Positions 36,695 to 47,860 of a DNA stretch of 64,000 bases are shown in pieces. This DNA comes from Burkholderiales bacterium. GTDB taxonomy: Bacteria; Pseudomonadota; Gammaproteobacteria; Burkholderiales; SG8-39. Numbering within the stretch: the stretch's first letter is position 1; each line of letters begins with the position of its first letter. The notes beneath the pieces are model-generated. The model was not told the origin of the DNA. It worked only from the letters and a program-made list of their open reading frames with translations, and did not search any database. The stretch is taken from the NCBI GenBank assembly GCA_017880775.1, contig JADGRQ010000013.1, positions 5,368-69,367 on the forward strand, written 5' to 3'. Both the position numbers and the translations under genes were made by a program.

Positions 36695-37850
36695 ACACTG
36701 CGACGTCGCGATCATCGGCGGCGGGCCGGTCGGTGCGTGCCTCGCGCTGGCGCTGGCGCAAGCGCCAGTGTCGGTCGCATTGATCGAGCGCGGCGCCCCG
36801 GCCGGGCGCGCAGGGCGGCCCGAATCACCTCCTGAATCACGTCCCATCGCGCTGGCGTACTCCAGCCGCATGATCCTCGAGCGTCTCGGCGCGTGGAGCG
36901 CTCGCGCGCACACGCCGATCCGGCGCATCCACGTTTCCCAGGCTGGACGTTTCGGGCGCACGCTGATCGGGACCGAAGACACCGGCACGCCGGAACTTGG
37001 CTACGTTCTCGAGTACGGGCCGCTTGCCGCAAAGCTGCTCGAGGATGTCCGACAGCGCGCAATCCGCGTGATCGCGCCGGCCGAAGTTGATTCAACGCAG
37101 GCGCTCGCCGATCGCGCACAGGTGCACTACTCGCACGACGGCAGGACGGGAGTGCTCGACGCGGGACTCGTGGTGCACGCAGAGGGCGGCTCGGAAGAAC
37201 AGAGGCTCGGCCGTGACTACGATCAGCAGGCGCTGGTCGCACTGGTCGAGTGCACACCCAATGCGGATTGCACCGCATACGAGCGGTTTACCGCCGAAGG
37301 ACCGCTTGCGCTGCTGCCACTCGCCGGATGCTATGCAGTGGTATGGGGGTGCTCAGTGCGCACCGCGGACGCACTTGCCGGGGCCGGCGCGGATGCATTT
37401 CTCGCCGCGCTGCAGTCGGCGGCAGGCAGGCGCGCCGGCCGGTTCACCGCGCTGCGATCGCTCGGCCGCGCGCCGCTTGCGCTGCGCTATCGCGCCTCGC
37501 GCATCGCGCCGCGCGCGGCCTACATCGGCAATGCCGCGCAGACACTGCATCCGGTGGCCGGCCAGGGACTCAACCTCGGCTTGCGCGATGCCTGGGATCT
37601 CGCGCGCTGCATCCTCGCGGACCCCGCCGCGGCCGGGTCCGCGCAAATGCTTGGGCGATTTGCGCGGATCCGCAGGCTCGACGCGGCAGCGACGCTGCGC
37701 GTGACCGACCTGCTCGCAACGCTGTACGTCAGCAGCAATCCACTCGCCGGCGCGACGCGTGGCGCAGCGCTGGCAGCGCTCGACCTGATTCCTCCGGCGC
37801 GCCGGTTCTTCGCGCGACGGATGACTTACGGCGCCTCCGCGCTGCCCTGA
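36681..37850 (+). CDS. ubiH: 2-octaprenyl-6-methoxyphenol hydroxylase-type FAD monooxygenase
   Basis: 389-aa ORF; DVAIIGGGPVGACLA, YIGNAAQTLHPVAGQGLNLGLRDA; follows pepP as in E. coli/Pseudomonas. Confidence 0.82.
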   Translation: MASTEHCDVAIIGGGPVGACLALALAQAPVSVALIERGAPAGRAGRPESPPESRPIALAYSSRMILERLGAWSARAHTPIRRIHVSQAGRFGRTLIGTEDTGTPELGYVLEYGPLAAKLLEDVRQRAIRVIAPAEVDSTQALADRAQVHYSHDGRTGVLDAGLVVHAEGGSEEQRLGRDYDQQALVALVECTPNADCTAYERFTAEGPLALLPLAGCYAVVWGCSVRTADALAGAGADAFLAALQSAAGRRAGRFTALRSLGRAPLALRYRASRIAPRAAYIGNAAQTLHPVAGQGLNLGLRDAWDLARCILADPAAAGSAQMLGRFARIRRLDAAATLRVTDLLATLYVSSNPLAGATRGAALAALDLIPPARRFFARRMTYGASALP

Positions 37851-37992
37851 CCTTTCGTACGCGGCGCGCGAAAAAAGTCACACGCGCCGCGCCGTTGCGC
37901 GCGCGACACGATTCGCCAGATCGTGATTCTTTTCCGTAACGAAAGCGTATAGAATTCGCATCCTTTCGATTGAAACCCGCTTGCCACAACTG

Positions 37993-38982
37993 ATGCAACT
38001 CGGCGCGCACACGCTGCGCAATGCTCTGTTCGTCGCTCCGATGGCTGGCGTGACAGACCGCCCGTTCCGCCAGTTGTGCAAGCGCTTCGGCGCCGGGCTG
38101 GCCGTGTCGGAGATGGTGTCGGCAAGGCCGGAGCTGCGCGAAACGCGCAAATCGCGTCTGCGCACCGACCATGCCGGCGAGGTCGAGCCGATCGCGGTGC
38201 AGATTGCAGGCGCTGACCCGCACATGCTCGCCGACGCCGCGCGCTACAACGTCGAGCGCGGCGCGCAGATCATCGACATCAACATGGGTTGCCCCGCGAA
38301 GAAGGTGTGCAACGTCATGGCCGGCTCCGCGCTGCTGGAGAACGAGCCGCTGGTCGCCCGCATCCTCGAAGCGGTGGTCGGCGCGGTCGACGTGCCGGTC
38401 ACGCTGAAGATGCGCACCGGGCCCGACCGCGGCCGGTCGAACGCATTGCGTGTCGCACACATTGCCGAATCCTCCGGGATCCGCATGCTCTCGATCCACG
38501 GCCGCTCGCGCGCCTGCGGATTCGCGGGCAACGCGGAATACGAAACGATTGCGCGGGTGAAGTCCGCCGCGCGCATCCCGGTAATCGCCAACGGCGACAT
38601 CGCCTCGCCCGAACGCGCGCGCGCGGTGCTCGAATTCACCGGCGCCGATGGCCTGATGATCGGACGCGCGGCTCAAGGGCGACCCTGGCTGTTCCGCGAG
38701 ATCGAGCATTACCTCGCCACCGGCGAGCGGCTGCCGGCACCGCGCGTCGCCGAAATCCGTGCGGTGCTGCTCGAGCATCTGCGTGAACTGCACGAGTTCT
38801 ACGGCGCGGAAGGCGGCGTGCGCATCGCGCGCAAGCACATCGGCTGGTACGTTCGAGGGCTCGACGGCGGCGATGAATTGCGCAAATGCGTCAACGCCAT
38901 CGAGAATGCCGCTGAGCAGATCGCCGCGGTCGGCGCCTATTTCGACCGGCTGGCCGAGAGCGGGGAGAGGCTTTCCGCATGA
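37993..38982 (+). CDS. dusB: tRNA-dihydrouridine synthase B
   Basis: ORF 37981-38982 (TTG) with ATG at 37993; FVAPMAGVTDRPFR, DINMGCPAKKV, HGR.R motifs; followed by fis. Confidence 0.92.
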   Translation: MQLGAHTLRNALFVAPMAGVTDRPFRQLCKRFGAGLAVSEMVSARPELRETRKSRLRTDHAGEVEPIAVQIAGADPHMLADAARYNVERGAQIIDINMGCPAKKVCNVMAGSALLENEPLVARILEAVVGAVDVPVTLKMRTGPDRGRSNALRVAHIAESSGIRMLSIHGRSRACGFAGNAEYETIARVKSAARIPVIANGDIASPERARAVLEFTGADGLMIGRAAQGRPWLFREIEHYLATGERLPAPRVAEIRAVLLEHLRELHEFYGAEGGVRIARKHIGWYVRGLDGGDELRKCVNAIENAAEQIAAVGAYFDRLAESGERLSA

Positions 38983-39218
38983 GCCGCAACAACGAAATAT
39001 CGGACGCCATCAAGCGCTCGCTCGAGCGCTACTTCAAGGACATGGATGGCGAAAAGCCGACTTCCATCTACGACATGGTGCTGCAGAACGTCGAGAAGCC
39101 GATGATCGAGACGGTGCTCGGCCATGCGGAGGGCAACCAGACCCTCGCGGCCGCGATGCTTGGCATCGACCGGAACACGCTGCGCAAGAAAATGCATCAG
39201 TTGCGCATCAAGCACTGA
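38979..39218 (+). CDS. fis: DNA-binding protein Fis
   Basis: 79-aa ORF; C-terminal HTH GNQT.AA.MLGI.R.TLRKK; ATGA overlap with dusB. Confidence 0.92.
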   Translation: MSRNNEISDAIKRSLERYFKDMDGEKPTSIYDMVLQNVEKPMIETVLGHAEGNQTLAAAMLGIDRNTLRKKMHQLRIKH

Positions 39219-39222
39219 GGAG

Positions 39223-40782
39223 ATGAACCGGGTCCGCCAGGCGCTGATCAGCGTTTCCGACAAATCGGGTTGCGTCGAGTTCGCGCAAGGACTGTCCGCG
39301 CTGGGCGTGAAGATCCTCTCCACCGGCGGCACCGCGCGCCTGCTGGAGAAGGCGGGCGTCGCCGTCACCGAGGTTTCCTCCTACACCGGTTTTCCCGAAA
39401 TGCTCGACGGCCGGGTCAAGACGCTGCACCCGAAGATCCACGGCGGCATCCTTGCGCGGCGCGACACCCCGGCGCACATGCAGGCGATCGAGGCGGCCGG
39501 GATCGCGCCGATCGACCTGATCGCCGTCAATCTGTATCCCTTCCAGGCCACGGTCGCGGACCCCGAGTGCCGGCTCGGCGACGCGATCGAGAACATCGAC
39601 GTCGGCGGCCCCGCGATGCTGCGCGCCGCGGCGAAAAACCATGGCGGCGTCGCAGTGGTGGTCGATCCCGCGGATTACGCGCGGGTGCTCGAGGAGATCC
39701 GCACCGGCGGCGCGGTCGGCGACGCGACGCGCTTTGAACTTGCGAGGAAGGTTTTTGCCCATACGGCCGCTTACGACGGAGCGATCGCCAATTACCTCTA
39801 CTCGCTCGATGCGCGTGGCAAGCGCCGGGCGTACCCGGACCTGCTCAACCTCCAGTTCGTCAAACTGGCCGACCTGCGTTACGGCGAGAATCCGCACCAG
39901 TCGGCCGCCTTCTACCGCGACGCGGAGCCTGTGCAGGGCGCCATCGCCGGCTTCCGTCAGCTGCAAGGCAAGGAACTGTCCTACAACAACATCGCGGACG
40001 CCGATGCGGGGTGGGAGTGCGTCAAGAGCTTCGACGAGCCGGCCTGCGTCATCATCAAGCACGCCAATCCCTGCGGCGTCGCGCTCGGTGAGAATTTGCT
40101 CGAGGCGTACGGCAAGGCGTTTGCCACCGATCCGACCTCGGCCTTCGGCGGCATCCTCGCGTTCAACCGCGCGCTCGACCGCGCGACCGCAGACGCAGTC
40201 GGCAAGCAGTTTGCAGAAGTGATCATTGCGCCGCGCGTGGAGCCGGAGGCCCGCCAGTCGTTTGCCGCCAAAGGCAATCTGCGCGTGCTCGAGGTGCCGC
40301 TCGCGCACGCCGCGGCCGAGCACGATTACAAGCGCGTCGGCGGAGGATTGCTGGTGCAGTCGCCGGATGCGCGCGTGCTCGAGGCCCGCGAACTCAAGGT
40401 GGTCACACGCAAGGCGCCCGGCGAAGCGCAGATGAAGGACCTGTTGATGGCGTGGCGGGTGGCCAAATACGTGAAATCGAATGCGATCGTGTTCGTGAAG
40501 GACGGCGCGACGGTGGGGGTCGGCGCGGGGCAGATGAGCCGCGTGGACAGCGCCCGCATCGCCGCGATCAAGGCGAACAATGCGGGCCTGTCGCTCGAGC
40601 GCTCATGCGCCGCGTCGGACGCATTCTTCCCGTTCCGCGACGGCCTCGACGTGGTGATCGACGCGGGAGCCGTCGCCGTGATCCAGCCGGGCGGCAGCTT
40701 GCGCGACGACGAGGTCATCGCAGCGGCCGACGAGCGCGGCATCGCGATGGTATTTACCGGCGTACGCCACTTCCGGCATTGA
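39223..40782 (+). CDS. purH: bifunctional AICAR transformylase / IMP cyclohydrolase
   Basis: From [16 protein letters not shown] (ATG 39223) within ORF 39124-40782; [23 protein letters not shown]-terminal FTG.RHFRH. Confidence 0.96.
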   Translation: MNRVRQALISVSDKSGCVEFAQGLSALGVKILSTGGTARLLEKAGVAVTEVSSYTGFPEMLDGRVKTLHPKIHGGILARRDTPAHMQAIEAAGIAPIDLIAVNLYPFQATVADPECRLGDAIENIDVGGPAMLRAAAKNHGGVAVVVDPADYARVLEEIRTGGAVGDATRFELARKVFAHTAAYDGAIANYLYSLDARGKRRAYPDLLNLQFVKLADLRYGENPHQSAAFYRDAEPVQGAIAGFRQLQGKELSYNNIADADAGWECVKSFDEPACVIIKHANPCGVALGENLLEAYGKAFATDPTSAFGGILAFNRALDRATADAVGKQFAEVIIAPRVEPEARQSFAAKGNLRVLEVPLAHAAAEHDYKRVGGGLLVQSPDARVLEARELKVVTRKAPGEAQMKDLLMAWRVAKYVKSNAIVFVKDGATVGVGAGQMSRVDSARIAAIKANNAGLSLERSCAASDAFFPFRDGLDVVIDAGAVAVIQPGGSLRDDEVIAAADERGIAMVFTGVRHFRH

Positions 40783-40783
40783 C

Positions 40784-42055
40784 ATGAAGCTGCTTGTCAT
40801 CGGATCGGGCGGTCGCGAGCACGCGCTGGCGTGGAAGCTCGCGGCAAGTCAGCGCGTGCAGAGGGTGTACGTCGCTCCGGGCAATGCGGGGACGGCCACC
40901 GAGTCCGGGCTCGAGAACGTCCCGCTCGACGCGATCGGAGAGTTGATCGATTTTTCAAGAAGGCAACAAGTCCAGCTGACCGTCGTCGGGCCGGAAGCGC
41001 CGCTCGCCGACGGAATTGTGGACGCTTTCCGCGACGCCGGCCTGAAGATCTTCGGCCCGACGCGCGCGGCGGCGCAACTCGAGGCCTCCAAGGATTTCGC
41101 CAAGCGGTTCATGGTGCGCCACGCGATCCCGACCGCCCGCTACGCGAGCTTCACCGACCTGAACGCGGCCAAGGCCCACGTGCGCGCCAACGGCGCGCCG
41201 ATCGTGATCAAGGCCGACGGCCTGGCGGCGGGCAAGGGCGTCGTCGTGGCAGCCAGCGTCGAGGACGCGGAACGCGCGATCGACGCGATGCTCGGGGCGC
41301 ACAAACTGGGCGAAGCGGGTGCGCGCGTGGTGATCGAGGAATGCCTCCAGGGCGAAGAAGCGAGCTTCATCGTGATGTGCGATGGCGCGCATGTCCTGCC
41401 GCTCGCCACCAGCCAGGACCACAAGCGGTTGCTCGACGGCGACCAGGGCCCCAACACCGGCGGCATGGGCGCCTACTCGCCCGCGCCGGTCGTCACGCCG
41501 GAAATCCACGCGCGCATCATGCGTGAAATCATCCTGCCGACGGTCGCCGGGATGGCGATGGACGGCAGCCCCTACTGCGGTTTCCTCTACGCCGGCCTGA
41601 TGATCGACCGCGCGGGCAATCCGAAGACGATCGAGTTCAACTGCCGGATGGGCGATCCGGAGACGCAACCGATCATGCTGCGCCTCAAGTCCGACCTGCT
41701 CGACCTGGTCGAACTTGCGCTCGACAGCAGGCTCGATCAGGCCGAGGCCGAATGGGACCGGAGGTGCGCGCTCGGCGTCGTGCTCGCCGCGCACGGCTAC
41801 CCGGGCGAGCCGCGCAAGGGCGATCGCATCGCAGGCCTGGCCGCGCCCTCACCCGAGTGCCGGATATTCCATGCCGGCACGCGGTTGCAGGAAAAGGAGC
41901 TGGTGACCAACGGCGGCCGCGTGCTGTGCGTCACGGCGCTCGGCGACAACCTGCGCATCGCCCGGAAGCGCGCGTACGAGTGCGTCGACGCCATCCGTTT
42001 CGATGGCATGCAGTGCCGCCGGGACATCGGACACCGGGCGCTCAAGCGCGGCTGA
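40784..42055 (+). CDS. purD: phosphoribosylamine--glycine ligase
   Basis: 423-aa ORF; [22 protein letters not shown]-grasp core ([21 protein letters not shown]). Confidence 0.96.
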   Translation: MKLLVIGSGGREHALAWKLAASQRVQRVYVAPGNAGTATESGLENVPLDAIGELIDFSRRQQVQLTVVGPEAPLADGIVDAFRDAGLKIFGPTRAAAQLEASKDFAKRFMVRHAIPTARYASFTDLNAAKAHVRANGAPIVIKADGLAAGKGVVVAASVEDAERAIDAMLGAHKLGEAGARVVIEECLQGEEASFIVMCDGAHVLPLATSQDHKRLLDGDQGPNTGGMGAYSPAPVVTPEIHARIMREIILPTVAGMAMDGSPYCGFLYAGLMIDRAGNPKTIEFNCRMGDPETQPIMLRLKSDLLDLVELALDSRLDQAEAEWDRRCALGVVLAAHGYPGEPRKGDRIAGLAAPSPECRIFHAGTRLQEKELVTNGGRVLCVTALGDNLRIARKRAYECVDAIRFDGMQCRRDIGHRALKRG

Positions 42056-42951
42056 TGGACCTCGCTGCTGCGCACGCGTACTTCACCGTCCTGCAAGAGC
42101 GCATCGTAGCGGCGCTCGACGCGCTCGATGCCAAGCCGTTCCGCCGGGACGCGTGGCAGCGCCCGGAGGGCGGTGGCGGCCTGACCTGTCTGATCGAAGA
42201 AGGCGATCTGTTCGAGCGCGGCGGCGTGAACTTCTCGCGCGTGCGCGGCGAGCGCCTGCCCGCCTCGGCGAGCGCCGCGCGCGCGGAGCTCGCCGCGCGC
42301 GGCTACGACGCGATGGGTGTGTCGCTGGTGCTCCACCCGCGCAACCCGCATGTGCCGACGGTTCACATGAACGTGCGCCTCTTGGCCGCGACTGCGCAAG
42401 GCACGGCGCCGGTCTGGTGGTTCGGCGGCGGCATGGATCTCACGCCGTACTACGGCTTCGAGGAGGACGCGCGGCATTTCCATGCGACCTGCCGGCGCGC
42501 GCTCGAACCGTTCGGGCCCGGGCGCCACGCGCGCTACAAGAAGTGGTGTGATGAATATTTCTTCCTGCGCCACCGCAACGAGCCGCGCGGCATCGGCGGG
42601 ATCTTTTTCGACGACCTGTCGGAGGGCGGGTTCGAATACAGCTTCGCGCTCGCGCGCGCGGTCGGTGATCACTTCCTCGAGGCCTACCTGCCGATCGCCG
42701 AGCGGCGCCGCGCTACGCCGTATGGCGAGCGCGAACGCCGTTTCCAGGCCTACCGGCGCGGGCGCTATGTCGAATTCAACCTGGTGTGGGACCGGGGCAC
42801 GCTGTTCGGCCTGCAATCGGGCGGCCGCACCGAGGCGATCCTGATGTCGTTGCCGCCGATCGTGCGCTGGCAGTACGACTGGAAACCGGAAACGGGATCG
42901 CCGGAAGAAAAGCTCTACACCGACTTCCTGAGACCTCGAGATTGGGTTTAG
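42055..42951 (+). CDS. hemF: oxygen-dependent coproporphyrinogen-III oxidase
   Basis: From [17 protein letters not shown] (ATG 42055 overlapping the purD TGA) within ORF 41752-42951; [42 protein letters not shown]. Confidence 0.94.
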   Translation: MDLAAAHAYFTVLQERIVAALDALDAKPFRRDAWQRPEGGGGLTCLIEEGDLFERGGVNFSRVRGERLPASASAARAELAARGYDAMGVSLVLHPRNPHVPTVHMNVRLLAATAQGTAPVWWFGGGMDLTPYYGFEEDARHFHATCRRALEPFGPGRHARYKKWCDEYFFLRHRNEPRGIGGIFFDDLSEGGFEYSFALARAVGDHFLEAYLPIAERRRATPYGERERRFQAYRRGRYVEFNLVWDRGTLFGLQSGGRTEAILMSLPPIVRWQYDWKPETGSPEEKLYTDFLRPRDWV

Positions 42952-42967
42952 CCAGACGGAGTCTGGC
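42951..42967. terminator. short hairpin between convergent hemF and hemY
   Basis: GCCAGAC-GGA-GTCTGGC (7-bp stem, 3-nt loop) overlapping the hemF TAG; no U-tract on either strand, so weak. Confidence 0.2.
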
Positions 42968-42988
42968 CCCGGGTCTGCCTGACCCAAT

Positions 42989-44158
42989 CTAGGGAAGTTC
43001 TGCGGCGAGCCGGAAATGCCGCGCCGCGTCGGTGGACTTTCCGAGGCGCTCGAACAGCCGCGCGAGATCGAGGTGCGCGGCGCGGCTGGCTTCGAACGAC
43101 AGGCTGGTCTCCAGATAATTCTGGGCTTTGCCCCATAACTCGGCACCCACGCACAGGCGGCCGAGGGCGTGAAGCAACCGCGCGTCGTCGGAATGCTCCG
43201 GCAGCCAGCGCTCGGCGCGCTCGATCCGCGCGAGGGATTCTTCGACGGGCGCCTCGCCGTAGAGCTCGACCAGGCTCGGGTCCCACTCCTTCGCAAGCGC
43301 CTTCTCGATGATCTCGCGGGAGAACGCTGCTGCGTCGAGCGCGAGCGCATGCCGTGCGGCGGCGGCCGCCACCCGCGGGATCGCCCGGTCTTCGGAGGAA
43401 AGCCGCCGCCAGCGCTCACCGAGCGAACGCGCATCGCCCGAGGCGCGATCGAGCAGTTCGAGGGTCGCGTGCGCCCGGTATTCCCCGGCCACCGCGGGCG
43501 AAAGCGCGCCGCGCTTGGCGAGCAGCGCCGCGAGCCTGAGCACCTCGTCCCAGTTCTTCGCGCCATGCTCCGCGCGCAGCAGCAGGCGCAGCGATGCGAT
43601 GTGGCGCGGCCCGGCCAGATGAAGTCGTTGCAGGACATCGCGCGCGGCGGCGAAATCCCGTTCATCGAGAAGCATCTCGGCCTGCGTCATCAGCCGCGCC
43701 GTCTGCGCCTCGTCTCCTGTAGATTCGGCGCGAGAGAGCCACGCCTCGCGCCGCTCATGCGAGCGCAACTGGTGCGCCGCGCGGGCCGCGAGCAAAGCGG
43801 CAAGTCCCGGCCAATGGCCCGCCTCGAACGCGGTCTCGGCCAGCTTTTCCGCGCGCGCGTAGCGCCCTTCCATGTAGGTAAGGGCCGCGGTGCTGAGCGC
43901 ATCGAGCGCCTTTTCGCGGCGCCGGCGGGCGCGATAGTCGCGAACGTATTCGGGCAGGCGCAGCGTGTGCGACAACAGACGCAGCAGCGCATACAGCGTG
44001 CCGAATGCCGCGGCCAGCAGGATCGCGAACAGGACCAGCGACAGTTCGATGCGGTAAGGCGGCCAGACGAACATCGCATAGCCTTCGTGCGCCCGGCCGA
44101 CGATGGCGAGCACGACCGCCGCGGCAGACAGCGCGAGCAGCCAGAACAGCCCTCTCAT
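42989..44158 (-). CDS. hemY: HemY-like membrane/TPR protein
   Basis: From MRGLFWLLALSAAAVVLAIV (ATG 44156-44158) within ORF 42989-44530; two N-terminal TM helices then TPR-like repeats; position after hemX-hemD-hemC. Confidence 0.83.
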   Translation of the reverse strand: MRGLFWLLALSAAAVVLAIVGRAHEGYAMFVWPPYRIELSLVLFAILLAAAFGTLYALLRLLSHTLRLPEYVRDYRARRRREKALDALSTAALTYMEGRYARAEKLAETAFEAGHWPGLAALLAARAAHQLRSHERREAWLSRAESTGDEAQTARLMTQAEMLLDERDFAAARDVLQRLHLAGPRHIASLRLLLRAEHGAKNWDEVLRLAALLAKRGALSPAVAGEYRAHATLELLDRASGDARSLGERWRRLSSEDRAIPRVAAAAARHALALDAAAFSREIIEKALAKEWDPSLVELYGEAPVEESLARIERAERWLPEHSDDARLLHALGRLCVGAELWGKAQNYLETSLSFEASRAAHLDLARLFERLGKSTDAARHFRLAAELP

Positions 44159-44184
44159 GAGTTGCGCCGGTGCGGCATGCGGCT

Positions 44185-45201
44185 TCAGCCGCCGCGCTCG
44201 CGGCGCGACTTCGTGGCGCGCACCGCGCCGAGACTCTCCGCGAGCGTCGGCGGCTCGATGCTCACCGTCGCCTGCGAGAGCTGCTTCAACTGCGCCTGAG
44301 CGGCTGCGGTCGGCTTGGCGCGCACATCGAAATAGCGGGCGATCCAGGCTTGCGCGACCCGGAGGTCCTCGCGATATCCCGCCTCGTCCCGCGTCAGCAG
44401 GGAAAGCCGCGCGTTGAGCAGACGCAGCTTCAGGTTCTCGCGCAGGAAGTACGCCTGGCCCGGCGCGAGCAGCGGCGGCTCCGGACCATCCAGCGTGCGA
44501 ATGCGCACCAGGCTCTTCAACTCGTCCCACAATTCGACGCCCAGACGGGCGAGCGTACCCTCGCCTTCGCGCCGCGCGCGGCTGCCATTGGCATCGGCCG
44601 CGGCGCGCTCGTCGAACGCGAGCGGCAGGCCGTCCACCGCCGCGATCAGCCCATCCAGCCTGAGGCTGATGCCGGAGACATCGAGCGCCGGAAGCGCCTT
44701 CAGCCGGTCGATGTCGCGCGCGAGCGCCTTGCGCAACGGCACGAACTGCGGCTGGTCGGCACGGCCCAGCCGGGCCTCGGCCAGTTGCAGCGCGAGCAGC
44801 GCGCCGCGCACGTTTCCAGCGAGCTGCAACTGCTGCGCGGCGAGCGTGAGCACCTGCTCGATCTCGGCCAGCGCCGATTCATCGCGGTTGCGCGAAAGCT
44901 CCTGGTAGAGCGCCTCCAGCGCGACCATCTGGTTCTGCGACTCCGCCAGACGGTTTTCGAGAATCGAGAGCTTGGCCTGCGAGTCGCGCACCGCCTCCTG
45001 TGCCTGGCGTGCAAGCAGGCGCGCGTCGCGGCTCTCGGCTTCGATGTCGCGCAGCCGCCGCGCAAGCTCCTCCTGGGTCGCCCCGATGCGGCCGCGCGCG
45101 TCGTACCAGACCCATCCGAGCGCCGCGACCGCGACTGCCAGCGCAAGGGCCGCGGCCATCCGCCGGCGCATCCTCGGCACCGGCTCGGTAGTTTTTTCCA
45201 T
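44185..45201 (-). CDS. hemX: HemX-family membrane protein (annotated uroporphyrinogen-III C-methyltransferase in many genomes)
   Basis: 338-aa ORF; single TM (MAAALALAVAVAALGWVWY) followed by long coiled-coil; operon position between hemD and hemY. Confidence 0.8.
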   Translation of the reverse strand: MEKTTEPVPRMRRRMAAALALAVAVAALGWVWYDARGRIGATQEELARRLRDIEAESRDARLLARQAQEAVRDSQAKLSILENRLAESQNQMVALEALYQELSRNRDESALAEIEQVLTLAAQQLQLAGNVRGALLALQLAEARLGRADQPQFVPLRKALARDIDRLKALPALDVSGISLRLDGLIAAVDGLPLAFDERAAADANGSRARREGEGTLARLGVELWDELKSLVRIRTLDGPEPPLLAPGQAYFLRENLKLRLLNARLSLLTRDEAGYREDLRVAQAWIARYFDVRAKPTAAAQAQLKQLSQATVSIEPPTLAESLGAVRATKSRRERGG

Positions 45202-45210
45202 CCTGCTCTT

Positions 45211-45996
45211 TTACTTCGCGTCCCGAAAATAGGCAACCAGCGCCGCGACGACCTCGGCGTCGCCCGGACCGGCGACCTGAACCGTCTCGGCTCCCAACCC
45301 GACAGCCTCGCCAGCGACGCGCTGGTGAGGCACGAACAAAGGCGTGCGCTTGAGCCATCGCTGCCCGGACTCGCCGATCATGTCGAAAAAATTGGCCAAC
45401 CCCTCGCCGCTCGATACCGTCACCGCGTCGACCGCATTGCGCGCCCACGCGGCGAGCAGCGGCGCGCAATCCGTCTGCGGCCGAGTGCGGCGATAGCATT
45501 CGGCATACTCGACCTTGGCCCCGCGCGCGGCGAAGGTCTCGCCAAGCAACTCCCGTCCCCCCTCACCGCGAAAGATGATCACGCGTCTGCCGGCCAACGC
45601 CTCCAGTTCGGGCAGCGCCAGCAGCGCCTCGCTGTCGGCGTGAGGTGATGGCGCCAGCACCCGGTTGATCCCGTGACGCTCGAGTTCCCGCCGGCTGCCG
45701 CGCCCGATTGCAGCGATGCGCAGATTCACCGGCCAGCCCGAGGCCCGCCGGGCGCGCACGAGACCGAATGCCCGTTGCACCGCGTTGGGGCTGATGAACA
45801 CCGCCACGTCGAAGGTTTCGAGCCGATCGAGTATCGCGTACAGCGGTCCCGGGTCCTCGATGTCGCGAATCTCGATGGCGGGAAACACGAGCGCCTTGCC
45901 GCCCGCGTGCTCGATCGCGCCCGCGAGGCCCGCGGCCTGCGCGGATGGCCGGGTCACGACAACCCCTTTGCCGGCGAGCCCTCCGGCCAGTCTCAT
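45211..45996 (-). CDS. hemD: uroporphyrinogen-III synthase
   Basis: 261-aa ORF; V.VTRP..QA..L...I...G.......P..EI pattern, two-lobed HEM4 architecture; directly after hemC. Confidence 0.87.
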   Translation of the reverse strand: MRLAGGLAGKGVVVTRPSAQAAGLAGAIEHAGGKALVFPAIEIRDIEDPGPLYAILDRLETFDVAVFISPNAVQRAFGLVRARRASGWPVNLRIAAIGRGSRRELERHGINRVLAPSPHADSEALLALPELEALAGRRVIIFRGEGGRELLGETFAARGAKVEYAECYRRTRPQTDCAPLLAAWARNAVDAVTVSSGEGLANFFDMIGESGQRWLKRTPLFVPHQRVAGEAVGLGAETVQVAGPGDAEVVAALVAYFRDAK

Positions 45997-46002
45997 CGGC
46001 GC

Positions 46003-46938
46003 TCAGGCGGCAAGCGCTGCGAGAATTTCGATCGCACCGCGCTCGCGCAGGCACTGCGCGACCTCGGCGCCGATCGCTTCGGCCTGGTCCACGGGCCCGC
46101 AGGATTCCGCGCGCGCAGTGCGGCGCCCGTCGGGCGACGCTACCAGCGCGCGCAGGCGCACCACCCCCTGATCGAGGTCGGCGTAGGCGCCAAGAGGGAT
46201 CGAGCAGTTGCCGCCGAGCGCGCGGTTCACCGCGCGCTCGGCGCGCACGCAGGCGGTGGTGGCGGCATGCGCCAGCGGTGCAAGCGCTGCAACAAGATCC
46301 GTCCGGTCGGCGCGGCACTCGATGCCGAGCGCGCCCTGCCCGGCGGCCGGCAGGCTCTCCCCGGTTTCCAGCAGCGCGCGGATGCGCGCGGCGAGGCCGA
46401 GCCGCCGCAGACCGGCAGCGGCGAGGACAATCGCCGCGTAATCGCCGCGATCGAGCTTCGCCAGGCGCGTGTCGACATTGCCGCGCAGCGCACGCAACTC
46501 GAGCCGCGGATGGCGCGCCGCAATCTGCGCGGCCCGGCGCAGACTCGATGTTCCCACCACCGCGCCCACCGGCAAATCGGCGAACGTGGCGAATGCGTTC
46601 GAGACAAACGCATCGCGCGGATCTTCCCGCTCCATGATCGCCGCAAGCACGAAGCCTGGCGGCAGATCGACCGGAACGTCCTTCATCGAGTGCACGGCGA
46701 GATCGGCACGGCCATCGGCAATCGCGGCCTCGAGTTCCTTCACGAACAGTCCTTTGCCGCCTGCGCTGGCGAGGGTCGCCTCAAGCAGCTCGTCACCGCG
46801 CGTCGACAGAGGCAGCAGTTCGACGCGGCGCCCCGGATATAATTCTGCGAGGCGCGCGCGCACGTGCTCAGCCTGCCAAAGCGCGAGCCTGCTCTTGCGG
46901 GTCGCGATGACCAGGCCCTGCGGTCCGCGAGAGATCAT
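46003..46938 (-). CDS. hemC: hydroxymethylbilane synthase (porphobilinogen deaminase)
   Basis: 311-aa ORF; [42 protein letters not shown], cofactor Cys in C-domain. Confidence 0.95.
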   Translation of the reverse strand: MISRGPQGLVIATRKSRLALWQAEHVRARLAELYPGRRVELLPLSTRGDELLEATLASAGGKGLFVKELEAAIADGRADLAVHSMKDVPVDLPPGFVLAAIMEREDPRDAFVSNAFATFADLPVGAVVGTSSLRRAAQIAARHPRLELRALRGNVDTRLAKLDRGDYAAIVLAAAGLRRLGLAARIRALLETGESLPAAGQGALGIECRADRTDLVAALAPLAHAATTACVRAERAVNRALGGNCSIPLGAYADLDQGVVRLRALVASPDGRRTARAESCGPVDQAEAIGAEVAQCLRERGAIEILAALAA

Positions 46939-47060
46939 CGGGTGACGGAATCCAGGAGAAGGAAGCGGTGCTAACGGTGCTTCGCGGCGCTGCTCGTGCC
47001 GATTTTATCATGCACGCTCGCGCTTCCCGCTGTGGTTGGAGTGAGAGGAAGGGGGTAACG

Positions 47061-47130
47061 GGGGAAACCTAGGTTTCCCCTGTTCCGAACTTGCCAGCTC
47101 TTCTCTCCGCGACGATGTCGCGGAGAGAAG
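47061..47130 (-). promoter_or_regulatory. two tandem perfect hairpins at the 3' end of algR
   Basis: Read directly: 14-bp stem CTTCTCTCCGCGAC / GTCGCGGAGAGAAG with 3-nt loop (47100-47130, inside the last codons [11 protein letters not shown]) and a perfect 20-bp palindrome GGGGAAACCTAGGTTTCCCC (47061-47080) centred on the algR TAG stop. Confidence 0.4.
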
Positions 47131-47860
47131 ACCACTGCCGGCGGCTGACCGGCAGCCGCTCATCGAGGCCCTCGAGCACCACCTGCCAGTGCGGCTCCAC
47201 TTCGGAAGCGCTGCCGCGCTCGAAACCGCGGATCGCATCGCGCGCCACCAGGCAGTTGCGGTGCAACCGGACGAACCGGTCGGCAAACTCGCGCTCGAGC
47301 GATACCAGCGACTCTTCGATCAGGTGCTCGCGTTCGCGCGTGCGCATCGTCACGTACTTCAGTTCGGCCCTGAAATACGCGACGTCGCGCAGCGGCACCA
47401 GCAGGATGCGATTGCGCTCGACCACCGAAATATGCAGGCGCGCGGCGGTTGCGGCCAGCGCAAGCGCCGCGCGCGCGGGCGCGCTCGCCTCGCGCGCTTT
47501 GGACAGCGCGGTCGCGAGCCGGGCAGCGCGCACGGGCTTGAGCAGATAATCGAGCGCATTGAGCTCGAACGCTTCGACCGCATGACGGTCGTGCGCGGTG
47601 ACGAACACGATCGCCGGTGCGTCCTCCAGTGCGCACAGGTGGCGCGCCAGTTCCACCCCGCCCATGCCGGGCATCTCGATGTCGAGCAGCAGCACTTGCA
47701 CGCGGCTGCCGGGCAGCCGGTCGAGCGTTTCGAAGCCGTTTTGCGCCTCGCCCACGATCTCGCACGGAACTTCGTCCGCCAGGTCGGCGATCAACTCGCG
47801 CATGCGCGAGCGCGCCAGCGGTTCATCGTCCGCGATGAATACGCGCAGCGGGGCGGTCAC
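47069..47860 (-). CDS. algR: LytR/AlgR-family response regulator (REC + LytTR)
   Basis: From GTG at 47858-47860 (GTGA overlap with the kinase stop): (M)[19 protein letters not shown]..., [12 protein letters not shown]-terminal LytTR (..[10 protein letters not shown].......SL..LE......F.R.HRN..V). Sits between algZ-like kinase and hemC as in P. aeruginosa. Confidence 0.87.
   Translation of the reverse strand: MTAPLRVFIADDEPLARSRMRELIADLADEVPCEIVGEAQNGFETLDRLPGSRVQVLLLDIEMPGMGGVELARHLCALEDAPAIVFVTAHDRHAVEAFELNALDYLLKPVRAARLATALSKAREASAPARAALALAATAARLHISVVERNRILLVPLRDVAYFRAELKYVTMRTREREHLIEESLVSLEREFADRFVRLHRNCLVARDAIRGFERGSASEVEPHWQVVLEGLDERLPVSRRQWSSLRDIVAERRAGKFGTGET

Noticed and set aside
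35177-36988. 603-aa minus-strand ORF across pepP and the ubiH start
   Set aside because: Antisense shadow frame; low-complexity Arg/Ala/Gly translation; pepP and ubiH on the plus strand carry full catalytic motifs.
41797-43665. 622-aa minus-strand ORF spanning purD 3' end, hemF and part of hemY
   Set aside because: Runs antisense to purD/hemF and out of frame with hemY; Arg/Pro-rich; no start context. The real genes account for the whole interval.
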